Source: Candidatus Kapaibacterium sp. (GTDB lineage: Bacteria; Patescibacteriota; Patescibacteriia; UBA9934). Taken from it: a DNA stretch of 64,000 nucleotides. Positions within the stretch are counted from its first letter, which is position 1. The number at the start of each line of letters is the position of its first letter. Positions 27,419 to 36,756 of this stretch are shown here, piece by piece. The notes beneath the pieces are model-generated. The model ran no database searches. It saw only the letters and a program-made list of their open reading frames with translations, and was not told the origin of the DNA. The stretch is taken from positions 113,809-177,808 of the forward strand of contig JBILHA010000001.1 in the NCBI GenBank assembly GCA_044350705.1, read 5' to 3'. Position numbers and translations under genes: made by a program.

Positions 27419-29674
27419 TTAGAGTTTCTTCATCTTGAGACGGAGCGAGTTGAGCACGACGGACACGCTCGACATCGCCATGGCGAAGCCTGCGAACACC
27501 GGGGAGAGCAGCCAGCCGAAGATCGGGAAGAAGATGCCGCTCGCCAAGGGGATGCCGATAATATTGTAGATAAACGCCCAGAACAGGTTCTGACGAATCG
27601 TACGCATCGTGGCCTTTGAAAGTTCGATGGCTTGGGCAATCTTGCGAATATCGCCCTTCAGGAGCGTAACGTCGCTCGTCTCAATCGAGACATCCGATCC
27701 TGTTGCCATCGCAATGCCGACATCGGCCTGCGCCAGTGCCGGAGCATCGTTCACGCCGTCGCCCGCCATCGTCACTACATCGCCCTTGGATTGCAGCTCT
27801 TTGATCAGGGCGAGCTTGTCTTGCGGCAGCACCTGCGCAACGTAACGATCGATACCGAGTTCCTTGGCAACTGACTTTGCTGCACCTTCGTGGTCGCCCG
27901 TTGCCATGATCATTTTGATGCCAAGGCGGTGAAGTTTTTCGATCGTTTCCTTGGCTTCCGGCTTGATTTGATCGCCGATTGCCGCGACTGCCAGCACTTC
28001 GTTCGCCGTGGCAAGAGCGATGAATGTTGCGCTCGTTGGGGCGTTCTTCATCGCGGGCATCTCAAGCTTGAGCGACTTGAGAAGCGCGGGGCCTCCAGCG
28101 TAGTAGGTCGTGCCGTTCAAGTCGCCCTGTATGCCGGTGCCGGGGAGGTTCTTAAAGCCCGTAACCTTACTTGTCTTTACGTTCTTCGATTGAGCATATG
28201 CGACAATCGCCCCAGCCAAGGGATGTTCCGATTGCGATTCAAGCGACGCAAGAATGCCAAGTGACTCCTCGCCGGAGAACGCAACAACTTCCGGCTTTCC
28301 TTTGGTCAGCGTTCCGGTCTTATCGACGACGAGTGCGGTCACCTTATGTAGCTTCTCCAATACTTCTGCATTCTTGATGAGGATGCCGTGTTCAGCGCCG
28401 CGTCTCACACCCACCATGATCGCCGTGGGAGTCGCCAAGCCAAGTGCGCACGGACAGGCGATGACGAGAATCGAGACGAATGAGGAAAGACCGAGGGAGA
28501 GCGTCTGCGCAAACGTCATCGATGATCCCCCGAGAACGAACCAGAGGATAAGTGTGATGACTGCGATAACCAATACGATGGGAACGAAGATTGATGAAAT
28601 CTTGTCCGCGAGTTTCTGAATTGGCGCTTTTGACCCTTGAGCATCCGAAACGAGCGTGATGATATGGGCGAGAAGCGTTTCAGAGCCGACACCGACAGCC
28701 TTCATCGTAAACGAGCCTGTCGTATTCATCGTGCCAGCCGCAACCTTGTCACCAAGTTTTTTCTCAACGGGGATAGGCTCTCCAGTGAGCATCGACTCAT
28801 CGATGAACGAGGAGCTTTCTTCAATCACGCCATCCACCGGCACTTTCATACCCGGCTTCACGAGAACCAGATCACCCTTTTGTACCTGATCAATTGAGAC
28901 AGTAAGCTCTTTGCCATTGCGAACGACAGTTGCGGTCTTCGCTTGTAGACCGAGGAGTTTCTTGATGGCGTCGCCTGTCCTTGCCTTGGCCCGTGCTTCA
29001 AAGTATTTACCAAGCGTAATGAGACCGATAACGACGATAGTTACGTCGTAGTACGTCGCCTTCACGTCGAGGTAGGGTTCAAGCGGCGCTTCAAATGCTG
29101 TGAGAATGAAGCTGTAGAGAAAAGCGGCCATCGTGCCGAGTCCTACCAAGGTATCCATGTCGGCGACGCCGCGGCGGAAGAACATCCAAAGGCCACGGAG
29201 GTACGGGGTACCCACCGTGAACATCATGTATGTCGCAAAAATGGGGAGGAGATGATGGAAGAACTCATAGATCGTTTCCGACATCTCGGGTAGCACGCCG
29301 TACTTTGAGAGGATCTCCCAAATCATCATGCCAGCGGCAAATATGACCATCGGCATCGAGATGACCACTTTCTTACGGAGCGCTTCGGTTTCTCCCGCCG
29401 AGACCTTTGCGTGGTCGTGCCCATCCGCATGCGATCCATGCTGTTCGTGGCTTACGGAAGCCTCTTTCGCATGCAGCTTGTAGCCCATTGGCTCAATCGC
29501 TTGGGAGAGAGCATGCAGGCTTGTCTGAGAGGGATCGAGCGTAATGCGGGCTTCTTCAGTCGCGAGGTTTACTGCCACCTCCTTTACGCCCGGCTGCTGG
29601 CCAAGTGTCTTCTCAATGCGCCCAACGCAGGAAGCGCAGTGCATCCCAGCGACATGTGCTTTTACCTTTTCCAT
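27419..29674 (-). CDS. copA: copper-translocating P1B-type ATPase
   Basis: N-terminal HMA ([12 protein letters not shown]), CPC ([11 protein letters not shown]), [13 protein letters not shown] and the HP motif. Confidence 0.9.
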   Translation of the reverse strand: MEKVKAHVAGMHCASCVGRIEKTLGQQPGVKEVAVNLATEEARITLDPSQTSLHALSQAIEPMGYKLHAKEASVSHEQHGSHADGHDHAKVSAGETEALRKKVVISMPMVIFAAGMMIWEILSKYGVLPEMSETIYEFFHHLLPIFATYMMFTVGTPYLRGLWMFFRRGVADMDTLVGLGTMAAFLYSFILTAFEAPLEPYLDVKATYYDVTIVVIGLITLGKYFEARAKARTGDAIKKLLGLQAKTATVVRNGKELTVSIDQVQKGDLVLVKPGMKVPVDGVIEESSSFIDESMLTGEPIPVEKKLGDKVAAGTMNTTGSFTMKAVGVGSETLLAHIITLVSDAQGSKAPIQKLADKISSIFVPIVLVIAVITLILWFVLGGSSMTFAQTLSLGLSSFVSILVIACPCALGLATPTAIMVGVRRGAEHGILIKNAEVLEKLHKVTALVVDKTGTLTKGKPEVVAFSGEESLGILASLESQSEHPLAGAIVAYAQSKNVKTSKVTGFKNLPGTGIQGDLNGTTYYAGGPALLKSLKLEMPAMKNAPTSATFIALATANEVLAVAAIGDQIKPEAKETIEKLHRLGIKMIMATGDHEGAAKSVAKELGIDRYVAQVLPQDKLALIKELQSKGDVVTMAGDGVNDAPALAQADVGIAMATGSDVSIETSDVTLLKGDIRKIAQAIELSKATMRTIRQNLFWAFIYNIIGIPLASGIFFPIFGWLLSPVFAGFAMAMSSVSVVLNSLRLKMKKL

Positions 29675-29677
29675 AGG

Positions 29678-29944
29678 CTACTTACGCTTGAGTTTGTACA
29701 CTTTAAGGATCTCTTCAATCGCCTTGCTTTCCTTGCCGCTCTTGATCTGGTTGATGGCGCAATGCCCAAGATGGCCTTCAAGCAACATGTCTTCAATATT
29801 GGAAAGACCCTGCTTCGCGGCAGAGGTCTGGGTGATGACATCGATGCAGTAGGTATCTTTCTCAATCATCTCGTGGAGGCCACGAATCTGCCCTTCGATG
29901 ATCTTGAGGCGACGAAGGAGACTCTTCTTATCGGTGTGCTGCAT
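29678..29944 (-). CDS. csoR: CsoR/RcnR-family copper-sensing repressor
   Basis: 89 aa. Conserved Cys...His...Cys ligand pattern (YCIDVITQ...HLGHCAIN). Start moved to the ATG at 29944, by alignment with the chromosomal copy at 56942. Confidence 0.8.
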   Translation of the reverse strand: MQHTDKKSLLRRLKIIEGQIRGLHEMIEKDTYCIDVITQTSAAKQGLSNIEDMLLEGHLGHCAINQIKSGKESKAIEEILKVYKLKRK

Positions 29945-29956
29945 ACGCCCCTCATA

Positions 29957-29974
29957 ATACCCCCTAGGGGGTAT
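29957..29974. promoter_or_regulatory. predicted CsoR operator (perfect 18-bp palindrome ATACCCCCTAGGGGGTAT)
   Basis: GC-tract inverted repeat of the ATACCC-N-GGGTAT type, 13 nt upstream of csoR. A near-identical site lies upstream of the chromosomal csoR. Confidence 0.6.
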
Positions 29975-30002
29975 ATGTAAAGTGTCTGAGGGGATAGCTA
30001 TG

Positions 30003-30803
30003 CTATCGCGAAAGTTTAAGGATTCGGTATGCGGCTTGGGTAACAAGTGCGAATGTGAGTGTACCGATAATGAGGTCAGGCAGCTTGGAATCAAAGATAA
30101 AGACCAGTACACCGGCGATTATGACTCCTACGTTCACGAGCACATCGTTCGCCGTAAAAATCCAGCTCGCCTTCATGTGTACGTCGCCGTGTCGGTGTCG
30201 TTGCAGCAGGTAAAGCGATGCGCTGTTACCAATAAGGGCAAGGATTGAGATGCCGATCATCATCTCGAATGCAGGAGTTTCACCAAAGCCCACGAATCGA
30301 CGAATAACTTCCATGAAGCCAAAGATGGCAAGTGCCACTTGGAGCACGCCACTGAGCCTCGCCACTTTCTTTTTTGTGGCAATAAGGCCGCCAACGGCAA
30401 GGAGGCTGAGGCCATAAACCGTGGCGTCAGCCAGCATGTCCAAGCTATCGGCAACAAGACCCATAGAGTGGGCAATGAAGCCAGTAACCAGCTCAATAAC
30501 AAACAGTCCAAGATTAATTCCAAGTACGGCAAGAAGAAGCTTTCGTTCGTCCTTAACATGTTCGACGGCCCCCTCCTCATACGAAGCGATTGTCTCGGAT
30601 GACAAGAACGAATCCCCAAGTGCTAGTGAAGCAACGTTTTTGGCGAGAACAGCATCGCCACCCTCATGAAAAACGGTTAGGAGACGGCTTTGGAGATCGA
30701 CCTCAACCCTTCTCACTCCATCCGTTTCTTTTAGCTTCATGCGAATCAAGCGTTCCTCCGAAGGGCAATCCATCTTAGATACCCGATAGATGGTTTTCTT
30801 CAT
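30003..30803 (-). CDS. cation-diffusion-facilitator (CDF) transporter TM domain with N-terminal HMA-like domain
   Basis: N-terminal ~70-aa ferredoxin-like domain (MDCPSEE). TM core with metal site (VADSLDMLADATVYGLSL). Paralogue of 33400..34017. Confidence 0.6.
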   Translation of the reverse strand: MKKTIYRVSKMDCPSEERLIRMKLKETDGVRRVEVDLQSRLLTVFHEGGDAVLAKNVASLALGDSFLSSETIASYEEGAVEHVKDERKLLLAVLGINLGLFVIELVTGFIAHSMGLVADSLDMLADATVYGLSLLAVGGLIATKKKVARLSGVLQVALAIFGFMEVIRRFVGFGETPAFEMMIGISILALIGNSASLYLLQRHRHGDVHMKASWIFTANDVLVNVGVIIAGVLVFIFDSKLPDLIIGTLTFALVTQAAYRILKLSR

Positions 30804-30811
30804 ATCGCGGG

Positions 30812-31048
30812 CTACTTTCTACCCCACGCATATCGTACGAGGAGAGCTGTGGCAATTGGCCAAAAGATGACGGCGAAGAGGTTGAGTGTTGGCGTGAGGG
30901 TGTAAAACCTGAAATCGATCGGCAAGTCGCTACTCAAAAGAAATGCCCAGTGAACAATAGTCTGGTTTACCGCGATACCCGCCAAAAGTTTTGCCACTTC
31001 TCTCTTGTTGATTTTCATATAGATATTAATAGTTTTTGCACTTATCAA
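30812..31048 (-). CDS. small hypothetical membrane protein
   Basis: 78 aa with two hydrophobic helices. Confidence 0.3.
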   Translation of the reverse strand: MISAKTINIYMKINKREVAKLLAGIAVNQTIVHWAFLLSSDLPIDFRFYTLTPTLNLFAVIFWPIATALLVRYAWGRK

Positions 31049-31340
31049 TCATGTCTCCCTGTTTATCGAGTATCTTTCCGGCCGCTCGAACAATGGCACC
31101 GACCTCCCGCTGAGACACGCGATAAAAAACCTGCCGTCCTTTCTTGGTTCTTTGGACAAGATGACACTCCAAAAGGCACGCGAGATGCGCCGATGTATTC
31201 GGCTGTGAGAGTTCCGTTTCTTTAACGATCTCCGAAACGGTCTTCGGGCCATCTATGAGAGCGTTCAAAATGGCGAGTCGTGACCGATCAGCAAACCCCT
31301 TCAGAAGCCGAGATGCGAGCGTTAATTGTTGTGCGTTCAT
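31026..31340 (-). CDS. ArsR/SmtB-family metalloregulator
   Basis: wHTH LAILNALIDGPKTVSEIVKETELSQPNTSAHLACLLECHLV, including the metal-sensing Cys pair. Confidence 0.8.
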   Translation of the reverse strand: MNAQQLTLASRLLKGFADRSRLAILNALIDGPKTVSEIVKETELSQPNTSAHLACLLECHLVQRTKKGRQVFYRVSQREVGAIVRAAGKILDKQGDMIDKCKNY

Positions 31341-31456
31341 AATTATATAACTATCTACTTATATAATATCACGACACGAACCCGATCACGCACCAAAAAT
31401 ATTGGCTGGAATAAAGTTAATTTGTGATGGAAGAGTAATTCGCTTACACTGGGGCC

Positions 31457-31876
31457 ATGAATTTGGGGTTTACTCAACAGAATTTCTTGTCCGCCTTTGG
31501 TCGACGCATGGCCACCGCGCTCTTCTTTTGCGTGATGTTCCTTTTGTTTGTCGTGACGTGCCATCCGCTGAGCAATGATGCGCGCTTCGAGCTTGCAGGC
31601 ACTGTAGACGATTGCTGTACCGAGCACGTCACAGAAGCGAGAGATGCGCACGCATCGCCGTTGGCTGATATTGTGCTCCCGAATGGTACCGACTTCATCA
31701 CGACCCTTGCCGTCTTTGCTGCCGTTGTTTTCTTCACGTGGCTTGTCGTGGTGCCGATTACCAAAAGCACCGTACAGCTCCGTGATCGGCTTTTGCGATG
31801 GTTATGGGCGATGCCGTGGCCCTTTGCATGGAGCGGCGGCTATCTCCCGTACTTCAGTCCAATGCGCGATGCATAG
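31457..31876 (+). CDS. hypothetical small membrane protein with DDCC motif (uncertain)
   Basis: Two TM helices and a Cys pair. Competing ORFs exist on the opposite strand, so the region is unresolved. Confidence 0.25.
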   Translation: MNLGFTQQNFLSAFGRRMATALFFCVMFLLFVVTCHPLSNDARFELAGTVDDCCTEHVTEARDAHASPLADIVLPNGTDFITTLAVFAAVVFFTWLVVVPITKSTVQLRDRLLRWLWAMPWPFAWSGGYLPYFSPMRDA

Positions 31877-31917
31877 CATGAGATGAATCAGCTCACGCTT
31901 ATTCATTTTATTTTGCT

Positions 31918-32694
31918 ATGGAAAACGAACAGAAGAATTCGGGCATGCTCGATTCAATGAACCCTAAAGCCTCATTTGTTTTTGGCTTGGTAACTGGTAT
32001 TGCGGCAATCTCGATCCTGATGCAATTCGGTCTCTTGGGAAGCAACGTAAACGCTGCTGACGTCGCAGACTCGGGATCGGCGGTCGTCGCAAACACAAAG
32101 ACTGGTGGAACGAACACCGCGACGGCAAAAGCCCCTACCGGCAAGGTTCCTGAGGTTACTGACGAAGATCATATTCGCGGAGATAAAGATGCCCCCGTCA
32201 CGTTCATCGAGTACTCGGACTTTGAATGTCCTTTCTGCAAAAGGTTTGCGCCAACTGTCGAGCAGATCCTTGAGGAGTACGACGGCGAGGTGAAAGTCGT
32301 CTACCGTCACTATCCGTTGTCATTCCATGCGAACGCACAGAAGGAAGCCGAGGCTTCTGAATGTGCGAACGAACTTGGGGGTAATGATGCCTTCTGGGAG
32401 TACCACGACGCCATCTTTGAGCGTGGAGAAGCAGGAGGAACCGGATTCGCGCTTGATGATCTCGTTCCACTTGCCGAGGAACTTGGCTTGAACGGCGATA
32501 AGTTCCAAGACTGTCTCGATAGCGGCAAGTACGCCAGCCACGTTAAAGAAGACATGGCGGGAGGCGCGGCTGCGGGCGTGACAGGAACGCCGGGGTCGTT
32601 CATCATCGACGCCAAGGGCGACGCGCAGCTCGTTTCTGGTGCCCTCCCGTACGAATCAATCAAAACCATGCTCGATGAAGCGCTTGCAAAGTAG
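31918..32694 (+). CDS. DsbA-like thiol:disulfide oxidoreductase, membrane-anchored
   Basis: N-terminal TM helix. Thioredoxin fold with active site CPFC. Confidence 0.7.
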   Translation: MENEQKNSGMLDSMNPKASFVFGLVTGIAAISILMQFGLLGSNVNAADVADSGSAVVANTKTGGTNTATAKAPTGKVPEVTDEDHIRGDKDAPVTFIEYSDFECPFCKRFAPTVEQILEEYDGEVKVVYRHYPLSFHANAQKEAEASECANELGGNDAFWEYHDAIFERGEAGGTGFALDDLVPLAEELGLNGDKFQDCLDSGKYASHVKEDMAGGAAAGVTGTPGSFIIDAKGDAQLVSGALPYESIKTMLDEALAK

Positions 32695-32753
32695 CCTCAT
32701 GTTTCGGGAGGGCGCTTGTTCGCCCTCCCGGCAGCATATCTAACCTCCCCCAT

Positions 32754-33398
32754 ATGGAAGATCAGCTTACCCCACAGCCTGCAACGGAGCAGTCGCGACC
32801 GCGTCCGGCACGTTTTACGGCAAAGCAAAAGAAGATGATGGTGCTTGCAGCGATGATCGTCATTCCGCTTGCACTCGCGTTTTATTTCAAGAGCCACTTC
32901 ATCGCCGCGACGGTGGACGGCAGCCCGATCAGCCGTTTGACCGTCATCCGTGAATTGGAACGGCAAGGGGGTGAAACGGTGCTTAATGCACTCATTACGG
33001 ATAAACTCGTCGATGCCGAGGCGGCCCGAAAAGGTATCGTTCTTTCGGATGAAGAACTCAATGAAGAGATCGATAAACTCAAAAAAGGGGTTACCGATAT
33101 GGGAGGCTCGTTTGAAGAGGCACTCGCTGAACGAGGCTTTACCGAAGAGAGCCTGCGACGAAACATCGCAACGCAGTTAAAGATCCGCAAACTGCTTGCT
33201 GATGTTATTTCGGTAACCGAGGAAGAGATCGATAGCTACATTACCGAAAGCGGGATCGAGATTCCGGCAGGTAATGAAGCTGAACTTCGAGAGCAAGTCC
33301 GCACCGAACTTGAAGACGGTAAATTTACCCAAGAGGCTGAAGGGTTCATCGAGGGGCTGAAAGCGCAGGCGGATATTACGTATTACGTGAACTACTAG
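32754..33398 (+). CDS. SurA-N-terminal-domain-like periplasmic chaperone, membrane-anchored
   Basis: TM anchor followed by the helical chaperone domain typical of the SurA/PrsA N-terminus. No PPIase domain. Confidence 0.5.
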   Translation: MEDQLTPQPATEQSRPRPARFTAKQKKMMVLAAMIVIPLALAFYFKSHFIAATVDGSPISRLTVIRELERQGGETVLNALITDKLVDAEAARKGIVLSDEELNEEIDKLKKGVTDMGGSFEEALAERGFTEESLRRNIATQLKIRKLLADVISVTEEEIDSYITESGIEIPAGNEAELREQVRTELEDGKFTQEAEGFIEGLKAQADITYYVNY

Positions 33399-33399
33399 T

Positions 33400-34017
33400 A
33401 TGTCCGATTGTTGCGCCATCCCTTCAAAGGCAGACGTCGCGAAGCAGAGAACGATGCTCTGGATCGTCCTCACGCTCAACGCTGTTATGTTTTTCGTAGA
33501 AGTCTACGCCGGCTTTGTCGCCCGTTCGAGCGCCGTTCTTGCCGATTCGCTCGATATGCTTGGCGACGCATTGGTCTACAGCCTGAGCATTTGGTCGCTT
33601 CAGAAAACGGTGCTCTGGAAAGGCCGAGTCTCCCAAGTAAAAGGCTACCTCATGGCGCTGCTCGCGCTTGGCGTCATCGGCGAGGCGATCTGGAAAATCT
33701 TCGCTTCGGTGGAAATTGAAGGTTCGGTCATGATGGGCATCGGCGTCCTCGCGCTGGTCGTAAATACCGTCTGCTTCACCCTACTGAACCGCCACAAGAA
33801 AGACGGTATCAATCTGCGTTCGGCGTGGATTTGCTCGCGCAATGATCTTCTCGCAAATACCGGCGTCTTGATTGGCGGCTTGCTCGTCCTGACCACGTCC
33901 TCGACGTGGCCGGACATCATCATCGCACTGGCAATTGGGTGCTACGTTCTCAAGAGTGCAATTGACGTGATCCGCGAGTCGAGAGAAGAAACGGAACACC
34001 ACGAAAAATGCGTATGA
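33400..34017 (+). CDS. cation-diffusion-facilitator transporter (TM domain only)
   Basis: LADSLDMLGDALVYSLSI and HxxxD-type sites in six TM helices. No cytoplasmic C-terminal domain. Confidence 0.65.
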   Translation: MSDCCAIPSKADVAKQRTMLWIVLTLNAVMFFVEVYAGFVARSSAVLADSLDMLGDALVYSLSIWSLQKTVLWKGRVSQVKGYLMALLALGVIGEAIWKIFASVEIEGSVMMGIGVLALVVNTVCFTLLNRHKKDGINLRSAWICSRNDLLANTGVLIGGLLVLTTSSTWPDIIIALAIGCYVLKSAIDVIRESREETEHHEKCV

Positions 34018-34445
34018 ACCTCAAGCGTTGGATACACTACATCCCTCATGCGGCATGGGCGATGGCGCTCATTGCCACCATGGGGAGCCTTTACTTCAGC
34101 GAGGTCATGCATTTGCCGCCGTGCGTGCTGTGCTGGTACCAACGCATCGCAATGTACCCGCTTGTCGCCATTCTTGCAGTGGGCATTCTCCGCAAGGATA
34201 AGGGGGTTGCCGTCTATGCGCTCCCGCCGGTACTTGTCGGACTTGGTATCTCTATTTACCACAATCTTCTCTACTGGAAGATCCTTCCCGAAAGCGTCGC
34301 GCCGTGCACGCTCGGCGTCTCCTGTACGACAAAGTTCTTCGAATGGTTTGGTTTTATCACCATCCCGTTCCTGTCACTAACAGCCTTTGTCGTACTCACG
34401 GCTCTCCTCATTACTTACCACCGACTTTCAAAGAAATATGATTAG
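34008..34445 (+). CDS. dsbB: disulfide bond formation protein B (DsbB/BdbC-like)
   Basis: Four TM helices. First loop CVLCWYQR, second loop APCTLGVSCT. Confidence 0.7.
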   Translation: MRMNLKRWIHYIPHAAWAMALIATMGSLYFSEVMHLPPCVLCWYQRIAMYPLVAILAVGILRKDKGVAVYALPPVLVGLGISIYHNLLYWKILPESVAPCTLGVSCTTKFFEWFGFITIPFLSLTAFVVLTALLITYHRLSKKYD

Positions 34446-35088
34446 CGATGATGCAAAAGTGCTCCTTGGTATCGGACTGGTGACGGGCATGATTTTTGCC
34501 GGGGTCATCATTACCGGAAATAAATCAGCTCAGCCTCCTGAGCCGGTAGCCGCAGAAATTCTCATCCGCGACGACAGCTGGCAGCAGGAGACGCCTAATG
34601 CAGCCATTACTCTCGTGGAGTTCCTCGACATGGAATGCGAGGCCTGCCGTGCGGCACATCCGCAAATCAAGCAGATTCTCGAAGACTACCAAGGACAGAT
34701 CACGTACGTCGTACGATATTTCCCGCTCCACAAAAACTCTGAGCTCGCCATGAAGACCGTGGAAGCAGCCGGAGAGCAGGGTAAGTACTGGGAGATGTTC
34801 GATCTGCTTTTCGAGCGCCAGACCGAATGGGGAGAAAAATCTGAGCCGCAAACTGTACTCTTTACAGCATATGCCGAAGAGCTTGGCCTTGATATGGCGA
34901 AGTTCAGTACAGCCCTTGAAAGTTCTACATACGAAGACAAGATCGAACGCGATCGACGTGACGGTATTACGGCAGGCGTAAGCGGCACCCCGACCGTCTT
35001 CATCAATGGCGAAGTCGTAGAGGCATTCCCGACGTACAACACGCTCAAGGGGCTCATCGATCAGGAGCTCGCAGAACAGGCGGAGTAG
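34438..35088 (+). CDS. DsbA-like thioredoxin-fold oxidoreductase
   Basis: TM anchor. Active site CEAC in a thioredoxin fold. Start moved to the ATG at 34438, which overlaps the dsbB stop by 8 nt. Confidence 0.7.
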   Translation: MISDDAKVLLGIGLVTGMIFAGVIITGNKSAQPPEPVAAEILIRDDSWQQETPNAAITLVEFLDMECEACRAAHPQIKQILEDYQGQITYVVRYFPLHKNSELAMKTVEAAGEQGKYWEMFDLLFERQTEWGEKSEPQTVLFTAYAEELGLDMAKFSTALESSTYEDKIERDRRDGITAGVSGTPTVFINGEVVEAFPTYNTLKGLIDQELAEQAE

Positions 35089-35091
35089 CTT

Positions 35092-35553
35092 GTGCTCGAA
35101 ACTCTCGCCATCTTCGCCGCTCGGGACCTCATCTTCTTGCTGATCATTGGCGCTGGGGTCGTATTTTTCGCTATTCATCGAAAGGATAGGCTTCGTTTCG
35201 CGGTGCTCGGCACAATTGGAGGCGGAATCTCTTTCGTACTTTCGAGGCTCGTGAAACTGGCGTACTTCAATCCGAGGCCATTTACACTCGACGGTATCCC
35301 GCCGATCATTCCTCATGAGGCTGATAATGGGTTTCCATCAGACCATGCACTCCTCGCATTTACCTTGGCGGCCATCGTCTACACGCGAAATCGGAAGGCT
35401 GGAATCGTTTTCTCCATCGTGGCCACCCTCATCGGCACTGCGCGAGTGTTTCTTCGCATTCATTCGCCGATAGATATCGTAGGAAGCCTCGCGATCTCGC
35501 TCGTCTCCGTGTTCGCTGTGCATCGTATACTTGCTCAACGAACGTCCAAGTAA
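35092..35553 (+). CDS. PAP2-family phosphatase (undecaprenyl-diphosphatase-like)
   Basis: PSDH...SRxxxxxHxxxD signature (PSDHALLAF...RIHSPIDIV). GTG start. Confidence 0.6.
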   Translation: MLETLAIFAARDLIFLLIIGAGVVFFAIHRKDRLRFAVLGTIGGGISFVLSRLVKLAYFNPRPFTLDGIPPIIPHEADNGFPSDHALLAFTLAAIVYTRNRKAGIVFSIVATLIGTARVFLRIHSPIDIVGSLAISLVSVFAVHRILAQRTSK

Positions 35554-35556
35554 ATT

Positions 35557-36408
35557 ATGAAACGCGCTAATAAGAAGAAGCGGAGCGGGCTGCTTTACCT
35601 TGCCGCCGTTTCAATGACAACTCTCGTCGTAACCGGATTCACATCCTCCTTCGTTCGATCGACCTATCCCGATGACGGGGCGGCTATTCCTGATGCAGAC
35701 GTCAATACGTCCTCGGACACGCCGAGCGGAGAGGAGACGTCTGAATCGTTTGCGAAGACGCGGACGTTTGGAGTATCCGAAAAAGGACGCGAGATCGAAG
35801 GTTATGAACTTGGAACCGGGAGTGAATGTCTACTCTTCTTCGGCGGTATCCATGGGAACGAAAAAGGCACCGTTGTGCTCCTTGAACAGTTGGCCGATGA
35901 GGTCATAGCGAAGCCTGAACTCGTCGCGCCGACCAAACGGGTTGTCATCATTCCGCTCTTGAACCCCGACGGATATTCCGAAGGAATCTATCGCGACAAC
36001 ACTAATGGCGTAAACCTTAATCGCAACTTCTTAACGACGGGATGGACAGCGAACCCGGACACAACGACATTTGCAGGGTTACAACCGTTCTCGGAAGCTG
36101 AAAGCAGCGTGCTTCGTGACGTCGTGGAGGAATGCCAACCGAGCCTCATGCTCGCTTTCCATTCACAAGGCGGTGTGGTTTCTCCGGAACTCGGGAAGGA
36201 TTCAATGGCGCTCGCCGAGTGGTATATCGCCAAAACTGGCTACGCGCACTATAACGACTGGGATTACCCCGGAACGGCAACAAAGTGGTTTACCGAGACC
36301 ACGGGCAAACCGGCACTTACCGTCGAGATCACCAATCACATGGAAAGCGATTGGGAGATCAACCAAGACGCATTGCTGCAGCTCATAAATAGCGAGCGAG
36401 GCTTCTAG
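35557..36408 (+). CDS. M14-family zinc carboxypeptidase-like protein
   Basis: Signal/TM anchor. HGNE zinc motif (FGGIHGNEKGT) and a downstream His/Glu. Confidence 0.55.
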   Translation: MKRANKKKRSGLLYLAAVSMTTLVVTGFTSSFVRSTYPDDGAAIPDADVNTSSDTPSGEETSESFAKTRTFGVSEKGREIEGYELGTGSECLLFFGGIHGNEKGTVVLLEQLADEVIAKPELVAPTKRVVIIPLLNPDGYSEGIYRDNTNGVNLNRNFLTTGWTANPDTTTFAGLQPFSEAESSVLRDVVEECQPSLMLAFHSQGGVVSPELGKDSMALAEWYIAKTGYAHYNDWDYPGTATKWFTETTGKPALTVEITNHMESDWEINQDALLQLINSERGF

Positions 36409-36755
36409 CCCAAGAGGCTCCGCAAGAGGCGAATCTCGTCCTTGTCGTACTCCCCACCATACCTCTCAGTCAGATGATCAAGCACGGCGAGAGAAATACG
36501 AAGTTTTTCAAGCGTATCGCGCATCGAGCAATACAGATGAACTGCGGTCGTGTCATCGAGTTCGATCTCTAGCAACCCATTTGTACCCTCCATGTGTACG
36601 GAGATCTTCTCGTCATCTCGAACTCGGCATTCAATCTGCGAGGCGAAGTCAGGAACCTTGGCCTCGACGGCATCTTGAACCTCTTGAAAGAGCGTCTTGG
36701 CATCAAACTCATGGTTAAGGTCGTAAATTGAGATAGAGACTGGCATAGATAACAA
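36405..36755 (-). CDS. hypothetical protein
   Basis: 116-aa acidic ORF upstream of the recombinase, overlapping it by 4 nt. Confidence 0.4.
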   Translation of the reverse strand: MLSMPVSISIYDLNHEFDAKTLFQEVQDAVEAKVPDFASQIECRVRDDEKISVHMEGTNGLLEIELDDTTAVHLYCSMRDTLEKLRISLAVLDHLTERYGGEYDKDEIRLLRSLLG

Positions 36756-36756
36756 G

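Noticed and set aside
29411-29980. + strand 189-aa ORF spanning the copA/csoR junction.
   Set aside because: It overlaps two well-supported minus-strand genes and the CsoR operator; shadow ORF.
31341-31917. Minus-strand ORFs 31355..31651 and 31474..31770 as alternative genes divergent from ArsR.
   Set aside because: They overlap one another and the + strand candidate, and show no motifs. Coding assignment here stays unresolved; only the + strand membrane-protein candidate is listed, at low confidence.
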